A DNA stretch of 64,000 nt from an uncultured Gemmatimonadales bacterium (lineage in GTDB: Bacteria > Gemmatimonadota > Gemmatimonadetes > Longimicrobiales > Gaopeijiaceae): the NCBI GenBank assembly GCA_963823035.1, contig CAWGKG010000007.1, positions 32,001-96,000 of the forward strand. Direction: 5' to 3'. The notes under the pieces were generated by a model. The model ran no database searches, was not told the DNA's origin, and was given only the letters and a program-made list of their open reading frames with translations. Shown one piece after another: positions 12,316 to 23,168 of the stretch (position 1 is its first letter; each line of letters starts with the position of its first letter). Made by a program: the position numbers and the translations under genes.

Positions 12316-15237
12316 ATGACCGACGAATCGCCTCGTATTCGGCAGGCCCTCGGGGACCGGTACGTGCTCGAGCGGGAAGTCGGTGCCGGCGGGGTGGCCA
12401 CCGTCTACCTAGCACACGACCTGAAGCATGGACGCCCGGTGGCGGTCAAGGTCTTGCGCTCCGAATTGTCCGGCTCGATCGCGTCCGAGCGCTTCCTGCG
12501 TGAGATCCAGATCACGGCATCACTCACGCACCCCAACGTCGTCCCCCTCTTCGACTCAGGGGAGAAGGACGGAGTCGTCTACTTCGTGATGCCCTACCAC
12601 GAGGCGAGCTCGCTTGCGCACAGACTCGAACAGGAGCGGCAACTGCCCGTCTCGGAGGCCGTGCGCATCGCCTGCGAGGTGGCGGAGGCACTGTCACACG
12701 CGCATCGCCACGGGGTGATCCACCGCGACATCAAGCCCTCCAACGTCCTTCTCGCCGAGGGCCACGCGATGGTGGCGGACTTCGGCATCGGCCGCGCAGT
12801 TCGGGAGTCGGCGACGGGTGACCTGACGTCGTCCGGTGTGGCGATCGGCACCCCGGCCTACATGAGTCCGGAGCAAGCGAGCGGCCTGGGTGACACCGAT
12901 GAGCGCTCGGACATCTACGCCCTCGGTTGTGTGCTCTACGAGATGCTGGCGGGGATCCCGCCGTTCCATGCCGCGACGGCGATTGCCATGGTCGCTCGAC
13001 ACCTCAGCGAGCCGCCACCCCCGCTCCGCATTGCGCGCCCGGCGGTCTCCGAGGAGCTGGAGGCCGTCGTCGACACGGCGCTCGCCAAGCTCCCGGCCGA
13101 CCGGTTCCCCACCGCCGACGCGTTCCTTCAGGCGCTACGCGCCACGCAGACGGGTGCGCGCCGTGCACCCGGCGAGCCCGCCTCGTTTACACCGGCCGAC
13201 GGCCGCCCGCGCGATGCCGGGTCGGGGGCTTCACGGCGTCGGTTCGTGCGGCCCACCGTGGCGACGGTCGGGGTGACGATTGCCGTCGTCGCCGCGCTTT
13301 TCGCAGTCCGCAGCATCCGGCACCGAGGTGCGTCGGAGCTTGCGAGCAACAGGATCGTGGTCTTTCCGTTGGCAGACGTGAACGGGGACGGCAACGCAGG
13401 TGCGGATGTGGCGCTCGTCCTCGGGATGGCCCTCGAGCACACCGACCCCCTGAAGTGGATCGACGGATGGAGTCTGCTCGATCCGGATGTCCGTTCCGAT
13501 CCGCGACGGCTTTCGGCCGAACAGGCCCGGACGCTCGCACGTGAGCGCGGCGCGGCGTTCTACCTCGACGGCAACGTGCTCCATCGCGGCGACTCGGTGT
13601 CGGTGACCCTGCTCCTGCACGACACGCAGGGTGATTCTCTGGTGGATCGTGCGAGCCGCAGCGCGCTCGCCGCCGCGACGACGCCCGACCGCCTCGGCCT
13701 CCAGGCGGTGGTTCAGCTCCTGCCCGCGCTCGTCGAGCCCGGGCGCAAGGTCGATGTCACGTACCTCACGGATCGCGACCCCGCGGCGGTTGCCATCTGG
13801 ATCCAGGGAGAGCGGGAGTACCGCCAGGCCCGCTTCCGGCCGGCGTTGGAGCTGTTCAACAGGGCTGTCGGCGCGGACTCCCTGTTGGTGCCCGCGGCGC
13901 TGAAGGGCGCGCAGGCTGCGGCGTGGGCCCACGAGCCGGAGCTGGGTGAGGAGCTGGCCCGGGTCGCGCTGGCCCACGAGGGTTATCTCCCACCCCGGCA
14001 CCGGGCATTGGCGCGGGGCTTTCTGGCCTATGAGGAAGGGCGGGCGGACTCCGCGGTCGCCGCCCTCCGCGCGGCGCTGGCCGAGGACGACGAGTGGGGC
14101 GAGGCGTGGATGCTCCTCGGAGAAGTCCACCGCCACTTGATTCTGTCGGACGTCGTGATCGGCGTCTCGGCTCCGGAGTCCTTCCGGCGGGCCGCCCTGG
14201 TGGACCCGTCGTTCCTCCCGCCGCTCATCCACCTCGCGGAGTATGCACTTCGAGACGACAGCCTGGAGGTCGCGCGGCGTTATCTCAGGCGCCTCGAAGC
14301 TTCAGGTGCGGACCCTGCCACGATCAGCCACCTGCCGGTGATGCTCACCTGCATCGAGCAGGGTGCGGAGGCCCTCGACTGGTCGGCCCAAATGGCTGCC
14401 GACACGCAGGCCGTGCTCGAAGCTGGAGTCCAGCTCGCGGTAGGCGGGACCCATCTCCCGTGTGCGGAGCCGGCCTTCCGGGTGATCCGGGAGCGGGGAT
14501 ATCCCCGCCAATGGGGTGGGATGTTGGGCCTGCACGGGACGTTGGTCGCCGAAGGGCGCTTCGACGAGAGCCAGCGGCTTCTGGAGGCTTCGGCCGATTC
14601 GGGAACGGTCGCGGCCAGGATGCTCGAGGTCCTGGACGTTTTTGCCGGCGCCCCCACGGAGGAGGGAGCGCGGGGCTTCGTCGAGTTGGTGCGCCAGTCG
14701 ACGGGGGGAACGTTTACCGGCCTTCGGAACCCGCTGGGCCCCTGGCTGGTGGGCCTCTGGCTGGCCCACGAGGGCGACCTCACGGATCTGGCGAAGGTGG
14801 AGGCGGGCGTCCGGGCGACCATGACCGCGAACACGCCCCTGTTCGCCGCTTCGCTGGCGGGATTCCACGCGTTGGCAGAGGGCGACACCACGCAGGCCAT
14901 GGCCATCTTCGTCTCCCTCCCCGACGTCGGCACGCCCAACGAGCTCAACTGGGACCTGGGCGCCGGATTCCCCGTGGAGCGACTCACGGTGGCGTGCCTT
15001 CACCTGGCCAGGGGCGAGGCCCGTGAGGCTGTGAGGGTGGCGACGCTGCTCGAGCACCCTCAACCCCTCGGGTTCCTTCCATTCTTGGGCGAGAGCCTGC
15101 GCGTTCGGTTGGAGGCCGCGCGCGTTCTCGGAGACGCCCCTCTGGAGCGGACGTTCCGAACCCGGCTCCAAGAACTCGGGCGGTCCGACCTGATCGCCCG
15201 GGCACCATGCACCTCGATCCAAGGAGACGAGGAATGA
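12316..15237 (+). CDS. Hanks-type Ser/Thr protein kinase with TM helix and TPR-like C-terminal region
   Basis: GAGGVATVY, VAVKVL, HRDIKPSN, DFG, GTPAYMSPEQ; TM; SD GGAGG before ATG 12316. Confidence 0.92.
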   Translation: MTDESPRIRQALGDRYVLEREVGAGGVATVYLAHDLKHGRPVAVKVLRSELSGSIASERFLREIQITASLTHPNVVPLFDSGEKDGVVYFVMPYHEASSLAHRLEQERQLPVSEAVRIACEVAEALSHAHRHGVIHRDIKPSNVLLAEGHAMVADFGIGRAVRESATGDLTSSGVAIGTPAYMSPEQASGLGDTDERSDIYALGCVLYEMLAGIPPFHAATAIAMVARHLSEPPPPLRIARPAVSEELEAVVDTALAKLPADRFPTADAFLQALRATQTGARRAPGEPASFTPADGRPRDAGSGASRRRFVRPTVATVGVTIAVVAALFAVRSIRHRGASELASNRIVVFPLADVNGDGNAGADVALVLGMALEHTDPLKWIDGWSLLDPDVRSDPRRLSAEQARTLARERGAAFYLDGNVLHRGDSVSVTLLLHDTQGDSLVDRASRSALAAATTPDRLGLQAVVQLLPALVEPGRKVDVTYLTDRDPAAVAIWIQGEREYRQARFRPALELFNRAVGADSLLVPAALKGAQAAAWAHEPELGEELARVALAHEGYLPPRHRALARGFLAYEEGRADSAVAALRAALAEDDEWGEAWMLLGEVHRHLILSDVVIGVSAPESFRRAALVDPSFLPPLIHLAEYALRDDSLEVARRYLRRLEASGADPATISHLPVMLTCIEQGAEALDWSAQMAADTQAVLEAGVQLAVGGTHLPCAEPAFRVIRERGYPRQWGGMLGLHGTLVAEGRFDESQRLLEASADSGTVAARMLEVLDVFAGAPTEEGARGFVELVRQSTGGTFTGLRNPLGPWLVGLWLAHEGDLTDLAKVEAGVRATMTANTPLFAASLAGFHALAEGDTTQAMAIFVSLPDVGTPNELNWDLGAGFPVERLTVACLHLARGEAREAVRVATLLEHPQPLGFLPFLGESLRVRLEAARVLGDAPLERTFRTRLQELGRSDLIARAPCTSIQGDEE

Positions 15238-15527
15238 GACGAACCATGCACGTCCTGGCATTGGCCGCCCTCCTGCCCCTGGCCGCGTGCAAGGATACGG
15301 ACCTCCGGGCCAAGCTGAAGCCGTACTTCCAGGCGCAGTACGATTGGAGCGTGAAGGTCCGCAATGCCGTCTGCCAGCTCGAGACCGACGTCTACGATGT
15401 GACGGACAGCGGGGGAGACACGCGCGTCGCAGGCCCGTCGACGGACCCCGGCTCCAACCGGCTATGCCCCGACGGGCCGGGTGATCCGGGTGCGGGCATG
15501 CCGCCACAGCCACCGGTGTTGGAGTAG
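15234..15527 (+). CDS. Small lipoprotein, unknown function
   Basis: ATGA overlap with kinase stop, SD AGGAG, lipobox LAAC. Confidence 0.7.
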   Translation: MRRTMHVLALAALLPLAACKDTDLRAKLKPYFQAQYDWSVKVRNAVCQLETDVYDVTDSGGDTRVAGPSTDPGSNRLCPDGPGDPGAGMPPQPPVLE

Positions 15528-15584
15528 GAGAGGGCACGAGACCGCCGCTCCGAGGCGCGTCCGACCATCGCGCCCCGGAGCCGG

Positions 15585-16475
15585 TCAGCGCCCGCCGACG
15601 ACCGTCACGAGGCTGTCCGCGGGCGTGCGGAATGCCGCGGACGAGGAGTCGACCCCCACGGCGAAGACCCGCACGCGCCCCAGGGGCCATCCGTGCGGGC
15701 CGAATCTGAACGTCCACAGGTAGTGGCGCTGTGTCTCGTCATCCGTGATGGCCGCCGCGTAGCCGTCGACCTCGCCCAGCAGGTCCGGAGGATCGGAGGA
15801 TGACGCGGGGTTCGCGTAGAAGTACACGCGCGCCCAGGGGTTGGCGAACGTGCCGCTCGGCCCGCTGGCCCGGGCCATCAGATCGATGGACGCAGTGGAC
15901 GTGCAGGCGGCAGGCCCGTCGCCGTTACACACCTCGACGTCGGTCTCCGGCGCCACCATTTGCCAGCTCTCCGCGATTCCGGTGCCCGGGACGCTCCGGG
16001 AGGGCCACCGGAGAAGCTGCGCCCGCAGGAACGACTCGAGGTCGGTATCACCCCGCGTCGCAGCCGAGTCGGCGGCTACCTCAAGCACGTTCCATGCTTC
16101 GAGATCGGCCAGTGAGATCGCTGCCCGACGATTGACCGTGGCGTTGAGCGTGCGCAGGTACCGGTCGACGAAGGTGGCCGAGTCCACGCCCGGGGACGGC
16201 AACATCGCATACAACCGGCTGTACTGAGCGCGCATGTTCTCCAGCTGCTGGCTAGGGGGATCGAACAGCGAGCCCCGCAGCGTGGCGATGGCGTCCGCTC
16301 CAAGGCTGCCCACGCGGGCCCGCTCGCCGTCCACGCACTCGTCACACGTCAGCCATGCTCGCACCGCCTCCCGGCCGTCCTCGTTGAGTGGCTGCAGGCC
16401 GCACGCGGCCGTCGCCACCAGGACGGCACCCAGCCCCGCGAAGCGCAGCGGGCGGGCCGCGCCGGGGATACGCAT
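15585..16475 (-). CDS. Lipoprotein with CDEC motif, helical region and C-terminal beta domain (start 16475 or 16496)
   Basis: Signal peptide ending ATAAC; WLTCDECVDGE. Confidence 0.6.
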   Translation of the reverse strand: MRIPGAARPLRFAGLGAVLVATAACGLQPLNEDGREAVRAWLTCDECVDGERARVGSLGADAIATLRGSLFDPPSQQLENMRAQYSRLYAMLPSPGVDSATFVDRYLRTLNATVNRRAAISLADLEAWNVLEVAADSAATRGDTDLESFLRAQLLRWPSRSVPGTGIAESWQMVAPETDVEVCNGDGPAACTSTASIDLMARASGPSGTFANPWARVYFYANPASSSDPPDLLGEVDGYAAAITDDETQRHYLWTFRFGPHGWPLGRVRVFAVGVDSSSAAFRTPADSLVTVVGGR

Positions 16476-16480
16476 CGCTC

Positions 16481-17950
16481 CTAGACCGGGGGCCATGGAT
16501 CGGCCTTGCAGACGAGGTTCGGCACTTTGCTCGGAGGAGGCGGCAGGTCCATCACGCCCAGAGACATCACCGGGCACGCAGCGGCGACGTACGGATCGCA
16601 CTGGCATTGCTTCGGCTCGGTGGCGAGGGGATGCACGTGTACGAGCCAGGAATGGCGATCCAGGTTCATCCGGAACGCCTGGCCGAGTGTGAGACCCGTC
16701 CTGGGCAACGCCCGCGAGAGGTCCTCCCCCACCCACATGAGGTTCGTGTAGTCGAATCCGTAGAGGGGCAGCATCGGACTACCGCTGTGCCCGTCCTTCG
16801 GCAGGGGTGCTCCCAGACCCATCAGGTGGCCGAGCTCATGCGCCGCCGTGGTAGCACCCTTCGACGTCGCGGAGATGAACGAGACCGCCCCTTGATCGTC
16901 CTGCATGCGCGTGCACGTCCAGCCCTTCCATGCGTTGGGGGTGATCTCCTGGACGTAGACCAGGTACAGCCGCCGCTGGGTCAGATCGACACCCAGGGTC
17001 GCCATCACCGTCGAGTTCCTGCAGTCGGACACGTCGAAGGACATCGGCCCGCTCCCGATGGAGCTGTCCGCCAGGGTGAACTGGATGCCCGTCTTCCCGG
17101 CTCGGTAGAACGCGTTCGGCAGAGCGAGGGCCTCGAGCCCCGCGTCCACGGCCACCTGGGCGCGGAGCGTGTCGTGCACATGTACTCGGACCGAGATCCC
17201 CACGTCCCGCATCGCCGGTAGCGTGCTGCGGGCAAGGAGATCCTCCCCGCTCGTCCAGGGGGGCACGCCCCCGGTGGTCCCACCTGTGGCCCCCACCTTC
17301 TCGCCGGCCTCGAAGCTCATGCCGTGATCGGTGGAGAACACGGCTACCTCCTGGGGATCGGCGCACCCGTCCTCGAGGTCGGAGTTCAGGTGGGCCGCAT
17401 CCGTGATGTTCCAGCGGAGGTCCTGCTGGCAGGTTCCGTCCCGCGCGTCTACGACGACAGCGACGGGGGGTGTGGCGGTCGTGTGGGGAACGTCCACACG
17501 ATCTCCTTCCTCGAGCAGACTGATCTCGGCCGGCGCGCTAGTCAGGCTACCGCCCGAAACCGTGACTTTGAAGGAGCCTCCGTCGGGAGCGGTGGTCGGC
17601 AACTTGACGACGGCCTCATCTCCAGAGTGCACGATCGAAGCCACGGACGGGCCCGCGGTCCACACAAGTCCCGAAGGAAGCGGCGTGGGCTCGCCGGACG
17701 GGTCGCGAGCGACCGCGCGGAGTGAGAAGGCCCTTCCCGGAGCAGCGTGGACCGACGCGGGAACGACGAGCAGTGTGGCCGCGGGAGGTGGGGGCGTGGT
17801 GACAGGAGGCGTCGGTGGAGGAGTCGGACCTCCCCCTCCGCCTCCGTTTGGACACGCTGCCGCGACGACGGACGCGCAGACGGCGCCTATCCGGCGGGCC
17901 CGACGCCGGTAGCGTGGCTGCTGCGGATCGGCACGGCGCTCGTACTTCAT
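16481..17950 (-). CDS. Lipoprotein with Ig-like domain and zinc metallopeptidase motif
   Basis: VAAAC lipobox, Gly/Pro linker, AAHELGHLMGL, downstream NLM Met-turn. Confidence 0.72.
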   Translation of the reverse strand: MKYERRADPQQPRYRRRARRIGAVCASVVAAACPNGGGGGGPTPPPTPPVTTPPPPAATLLVVPASVHAAPGRAFSLRAVARDPSGEPTPLPSGLVWTAGPSVASIVHSGDEAVVKLPTTAPDGGSFKVTVSGGSLTSAPAEISLLEEGDRVDVPHTTATPPVAVVVDARDGTCQQDLRWNITDAAHLNSDLEDGCADPQEVAVFSTDHGMSFEAGEKVGATGGTTGGVPPWTSGEDLLARSTLPAMRDVGISVRVHVHDTLRAQVAVDAGLEALALPNAFYRAGKTGIQFTLADSSIGSGPMSFDVSDCRNSTVMATLGVDLTQRRLYLVYVQEITPNAWKGWTCTRMQDDQGAVSFISATSKGATTAAHELGHLMGLGAPLPKDGHSGSPMLPLYGFDYTNLMWVGEDLSRALPRTGLTLGQAFRMNLDRHSWLVHVHPLATEPKQCQCDPYVAAACPVMSLGVMDLPPPPSKVPNLVCKADPWPPV

Positions 17951-18418
17951 GCGACACAATTCCACCGCGGCCACTCCGGGGCAAGAAGACCGTACGCGTT
18001 CACGCTCAACCCGAAGCCGGGTGCCCGTCGGCGCCCACTCCCGTCACCCCATCTTGTCGACGAGCTTCTGGAAGTCGACCGCGGACCGCGCCCGCATGGT
18101 TGTGCGATGGGCGTTGTCCTGCGTTTGGAGGTCGTAGGGAACCTGGAGGCAGAGGGCGCTTGAGCACGGAAAGGGCCTCACCGAGCACGTCGGGGCCGAG
18201 CGCCAAGAGCGCTGTCCCATTGTGAGCGTGGGGTGGCTGCTAGGCAGCACCGTCGGCTATGAGCGATGGGAGATGATGAGGGTCAACACAATTGTGCCCT
18301 AGTCCCGTCGGCTGCCATCGCTAACGAAAAGGCGCCATCAGCCTGAAGGCTCGAGCCAATGCCCGGTATGGGCGACGGCACTGTCGGCAGGCGTCGGATG
18401 GCACGGCGCCTTCAGGTC

Positions 18419-19763
18419 TCAGGTGCCGTCGATCCACCCGGCGTTGCCGCCCGGGGCGCGCACGTAGAGGTAGCTTCCGTAGTGGCCGAGGACGGGAAGC
18501 TCCAGGCCGGGATCCAGCTCGGAGACCACGGGAGCGTCGGCGGTGGGGTCGCGCAGGAGAGGACTGCGCACGGAGGCCGTGCGGGTCTCGAGCGGCCGGT
18601 CGAGCGTCTCCGTGAGGCGAGCGGCCACGTATCCGGACGTCCCGTCGGGGAGGCGTACCCGGTACCAGTCGCCGGACCCGGCCAGGAGGCGCACGGGCGT
18701 GTAGCGCTCGAGCTCGCGCACGACCCGCGCGCGCCGCCCAGGTGCCGCCCGCAGCCGGATCTCGCCGTCGCCCGTCCGGCGCCAGGCGCCCAGGACGCTC
18801 ACGTCGGCCGTCAGCTCGGCGAGGGTGCCGCGGGGCTGTCGGAGGTAGGGCGCGGGGTCCACGGCGCCCTCTCCGCGGCGGTAGACGCCGAAGTGAAGGT
18901 GGGGATGGGTGGTGCGGGCGTTCCCCGTGTTGCCCACGAAGCCGAGGACGTCTCCGATGCGCACGCGCTGGCCCGGACGCACCGCCTGGCTGTCGAGGTG
19001 CGCGAAGTAGAGGCTGGCGTTGCGCGCCGGATCGCGGACCCACACGACCTTCCCACCCAAGCGGGTGACCTCGACGCGGCGGACCACGCCGTCGGCCGCC
19101 GCCAGCACCGGCGTGCCGCGTGGCGCGAAGATGTCGACGCCTTCGTGGCTCCGGCGCCCCGCGTCGCGGTCCGCCCCCCAGCCGCTCAGAATCGCTCGCT
19201 CGTTCCGACCCTCGACGGGGAAGGCGAGCTGCGCCTCCAGGCTCAGGGTGACCGTGAAGTTCCCCCCACGCAGCAGCTCCGGCTGAACGCGCAGGACGAA
19301 GTCTCCATCGCGCCAGGGCTCGTACTCGAAGTCACCGGGAACCGTGTCGACCGAGAGGACGGGGCGGAGCGCGTCCATGGAGTCGTCGGGCATCCGGAAG
19401 AGGTCGACGAACACGCGCGTCCCCTCGGTCGTGGTCACCCCCACGTGGGCGGTCAGGCGCTGGCCGCGGCCGATGTGCATCCGGTAGGCGGCTGCGCCGG
19501 CCTCGTCGGGCGCGATGTACCCCTCTTCCTGGAAGGGGAGCTGCACGATGGGTGCTCCCGCCACGGCGGCGCGGCTCGCGGAGATCCACGCCTCCACCAG
19601 GGCCGTACCGGCCAACCCGGCGTCGGAGAGCGCGGCCAGATAGGCCTCGTGAGGCGTCCGGTCCCGCCAGCGGTCGTGCGCTTTGCTCGACCTGTTCGCA
19701 GCCGCCCGTCGCGAGCACGAGGGCGAGGCCGAGGATGGCATGCAGTCGGAGTGACGGCTTCAT
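18419..19763 (-). CDS. M23 family peptidase with SH3-like domains, lipoprotein (frameshift near 19680)
   Basis: HEGVDIFAPRGTPV, YFAHL, GNTGNA..PHLHF; N-terminal ATGGC signal in another frame. Confidence 0.88.
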
Positions 19764-19958
19764 CGTGCGTCGTTTGGGGGGGATGGAAGGCCGTACGACT
19801 ACCGTACGCGGCGCGACGGGAGGAGGTTCCCGACGTCCGCGCCGGACCGGCCGGCCGGCCGCCGCGCCCGCCGACGGCGAATTGAAGGTCGGGGGGCGCC
19901 TCCGTTAGCTTTTCAAGCTATTCCGTCAGCACGCATGCCGCACGGCACATGGAGTCCC

Positions 19959-21230
19959 GTGGTCCGTATCGCCGAAATCGAAGCCGGGAGCATCGCCGAG
20001 GAGTTGAGCCTCGAGATCGGCACGCGCGTCATCCGCATCAACGGTGAGCGCGTGCGCGACGGCATCGACCTCACCTTCCTCCTCGCCGACACGGCGCTCG
20101 AGCTCGAGACGCTGACGCCGGCGGGGGAGTCCGTCGTCTACGACATCGAGCGGGAGCCGGGCGCGCGGGTGGGCATCGTGCCGGCTCCGGACACCGTGCG
20201 CGAATGCGCGAACAAGTGCGTGTTCTGCTTCATCGACGGCAATCCCGAGGGCGTACGGCAAACCCTCTGGCTGCGCGACGACGACTTTCGCCTCTCCTTC
20301 ACGTACGGCAGCTACGTCACGCTGACCAACCTGGGACCGAAGGGGCTTCAGCGGCTGGTGGACCAGCGCATCTCCCCCCTCTACGTCTCCGTGCACGCCA
20401 CGGAGCCGGAGGTGCGGGAGCGTCTGTTGGTGAACGACCGCGCCGGTCTGATCATGGATCACCTGCGCTTCTTCCTCGAAGGCGGACTCGAGGTGCACAC
20501 GCAGGTGGTGCTCTGTCCCGAGTGGAACGACGGCGCCCACCTGGAGCGCACGATCGAGGACCTGTGGGGGCTGGGCGACGGGATCCGCTCGCTCTCCGTG
20601 GTGCCCGTGGGCCTCACGCGCTACAACCTCGATCGGCCGGTGCGTCTCCTCCGCGAGGAAGAGGCCCGTGCGGCGATCGACGTGGTCGACCGGGCCAGAA
20701 CGCGGGCGCTCTCCGAGCGCGACTCCGGATGGTGCTACGCCGCGGACGAGATGTACCTCATCGCGGGCGCGTCCCTGCCGGGGCCCGCCTACTACGACGA
20801 CGGCGCGCTCTACGAGAACGGCGTGGGCGCGGTGCGCCGCTTCGTGGACGGCTTCGACGAGGGGCTGAGCGGTGTTCCGCGCCTCGACGGCCGCCGCCTG
20901 CGGCTCGTGACCGGCCGCTCGATGGCGCCCTTCCTCCGCGAGCGGGCGGGGCGCCTCGCCGACGCCACGGGCGCCGAGGTGGAGGTGGTGGAGGTCGTGA
21001 ACGACTTCTTCGGCGAGACGTGCACGGTCGCCGGCCTCCTGGCGGGGCGGGACATTCTCGCGGCGCTGGCGGGCGGGAAGGAGGACGACGTGGTGCTCCT
21101 CCCGGCGGAGGCGCTCAACGCGGACGCCCTCTTCATCGACAGCATGCCCCGCGCCGAGTTGGAGGGTGCCCTCGGCGGCGCGACGGTCCTGACGGGCTAC
21201 GAGATCACGGAGGCATTGGCCGAGCTGTGA
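19959..21230 (+). CDS. DUF512-type Fe-S (radical SAM-like) protein with PDZ-like N-terminus
   Basis: CANKCVFCFID, DDDFRLSF.YGSYVTLTN, SPLYVSVHAT, ENGVG. Confidence 0.88.
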   Translation: MVRIAEIEAGSIAEELSLEIGTRVIRINGERVRDGIDLTFLLADTALELETLTPAGESVVYDIEREPGARVGIVPAPDTVRECANKCVFCFIDGNPEGVRQTLWLRDDDFRLSFTYGSYVTLTNLGPKGLQRLVDQRISPLYVSVHATEPEVRERLLVNDRAGLIMDHLRFFLEGGLEVHTQVVLCPEWNDGAHLERTIEDLWGLGDGIRSLSVVPVGLTRYNLDRPVRLLREEEARAAIDVVDRARTRALSERDSGWCYAADEMYLIAGASLPGPAYYDDGALYENGVGAVRRFVDGFDEGLSGVPRLDGRRLRLVTGRSMAPFLRERAGRLADATGAEVEVVEVVNDFFGETCTVAGLLAGRDILAALAGGKEDDVVLLPAEALNADALFIDSMPRAELEGALGGATVLTGYEITEALAEL

Positions 21231-22556
21231 GCCACACGCTTCCGGTGGTCGCCGTGGTGGGGCGGCCGAACGTGGGGAAGTCCACCTTCTTCAATCGGGT
21301 GGTGGGACGACGCGTCGCGATCGTGGACGACCGCCCGGGCGTGACGCGCGACCGCAACTTCGCCCGGGCCGACTGGGCGGGGAGGGGGTTCTTCGTCGTC
21401 GACACCGGGGGCGTGATCGAAGGGAGCGACGAGCCCCTCGACCGCGCGGTCCGCGAGCAGGCGCTCGCGGCCGTCCAGGAGGCGGAGGTCATCCTCTTCC
21501 TCGTCGACGGGAAGGTGGGGGTCCATCCCCTGGACCAGAAGCTCGCCGACGTGCTGCGCAAGACGGATCGCACGGTGATCCTGGTGGCGAACAAGATGGA
21601 CAACCTCCCGAACGACACGGGCCACCACGAGTTCTGGTCGCTCGGGATGGGCGAGCCGGTCCCGCTGAGCTCGATCTCCGGGAAGGGCTCGGGCGACCTC
21701 CTCGACCGCGTGGTTGCCGCGCTCCCGCGAGGCCGCCGCGGAAGAGCCGGAGGAGGGGACGATCCGCGTGGCGGTCGTCGGCAAGCCGAACGTCGGGAAG
21801 TCGAGCTTCGTGAACCGGCTCTTCGGCGAGGATCGCGTCGTCGTGAGTGAGGTGGCCGGCACGACCCGCGACCCGGTGGACACGCTGATGCGCTACCACG
21901 GGCGCCCGCTCGTCTTCATCGACACCGCGGGCCTCCGACGCCAATCGAAGGTCAAGGACTCGCTGGAGTACTACAGCAGCCTGCGCACGGACCGCGTGGT
22001 GCGGGACGCGGACGTCTGCGTGCTGCTCATGGACGCCAGCGAGGGAGAGATGACCCACCAGGACATCCGCATCGCCGAGCTCGCGTGGGAGGCGGGCGCG
22101 GCCGTGGTGCTCGTGGTCAACAAGTGGGACCTGGTGGAGAAGGAGACGAACACCGCGCCGCACTTCGAGAAACAGGTGCGCGAGCGCTACCCCTTCCTGG
22201 CTTGGGTGCCGATCGTCTTCAGCTCGGCCCTCACCGGGCAGCGGGTTCGCAAGGTGCTCGACCTGGTGCTCGAGGTCCACGACGAGCGCGCCCGTCGCGT
22301 CGAGACGCACGAGGTGAACGAGGTGCTCGAGGCCCTCGTGCGCCAGCAGCCGCCACCCCACCACCGCGGGCGCCAGGTCAAGCTGAAGTACGGCACGCAG
22401 GTGGCCACCGCGCCGCCCACCTTCCTGCTCTTCGCGAACTATCCGCGCGAGGTGCCCGACCACTACATTCGCTACCTGCAGAATGGGTTCCGTGCGCGCT
22501 GGCCGTTCACGGGATCCCCCCTGAGACTCCGGATCCGCGGAAGCCGCGACACGTGA
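21227..22556 (+). CDS. der: Ribosome biogenesis GTPase Der (frameshift near 21725)
   Basis: Two G domains: GRPNVGKS/DTGG/NKMD and GKPNVGKS/DTAG/NKWD. Confidence 0.95.
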
Positions 22557-23168
22557 ACTACCTTCTCCTCGCCGTCTCGTATCTCCTCGGCGCGACGCCG
22601 ACGAGCTACTGGGTGGGGAAGGCCTTCCATGGGATCGACCTGCGCCAGCACGGCTCGGGAAACCTGGGCGCGACCAACGCCCTGCGGGTCTTCGGGTGGA
22701 AGTGGGCGCTGCCGGTGATGGTGGTGGACATCGCCAAGGGCTACGTCCCGGTCCGCCTCCTGCCGACGGTGTCCCACGCCTCGTTCGGATGGGTGCTCGC
22801 GTTCGGCGCGGCGGCGATCCTCGGCCACATGTTCTCGCTCTGGGTGGGCTTCCGCGGCGGAAAGGGCGTGGCCACCAGCGGGGGCGTCTTCCTCGGGCTC
22901 GCACCGTGGGCCGCGCTGGGCGCCTTCGCGGTGTGGGCGGTCGTGCTGCTCGTGCACGCGCTACGTGTCGGTCGCCTCGATGGGCGCGGCGCTCTCGCTC
23001 CCGGCGCTCGTCGCGCTCACGCCCCACCAGGGCGGCGGCGGCATCCTCGGGTTCACCGTCGCGCTGGCGCTCGTCGTGGTATGGGCCCATCGCGCCAACG
23101 TTCGCCGCCTGATGCGGGGAGAGGAGCACCGCGTCGGCGGGGGGGCCCCCGCGGAGCGAGCCTCGTGA
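22553..23168 (+). CDS. plsY: Glycerol-3-phosphate acyltransferase (frameshift near 22955)
   Basis: GSGNLGATNALR, GHMFS..FRGGKGVAT, HRANVRRL. Confidence 0.93.

Noticed and set aside
17960..18410. Short ORFs and imperfect hairpins at the right edge of the accessory region
   Set aside because: No recognisable family and no repeat matching either att core; the island's right boundary cannot be fixed from sequence alone.
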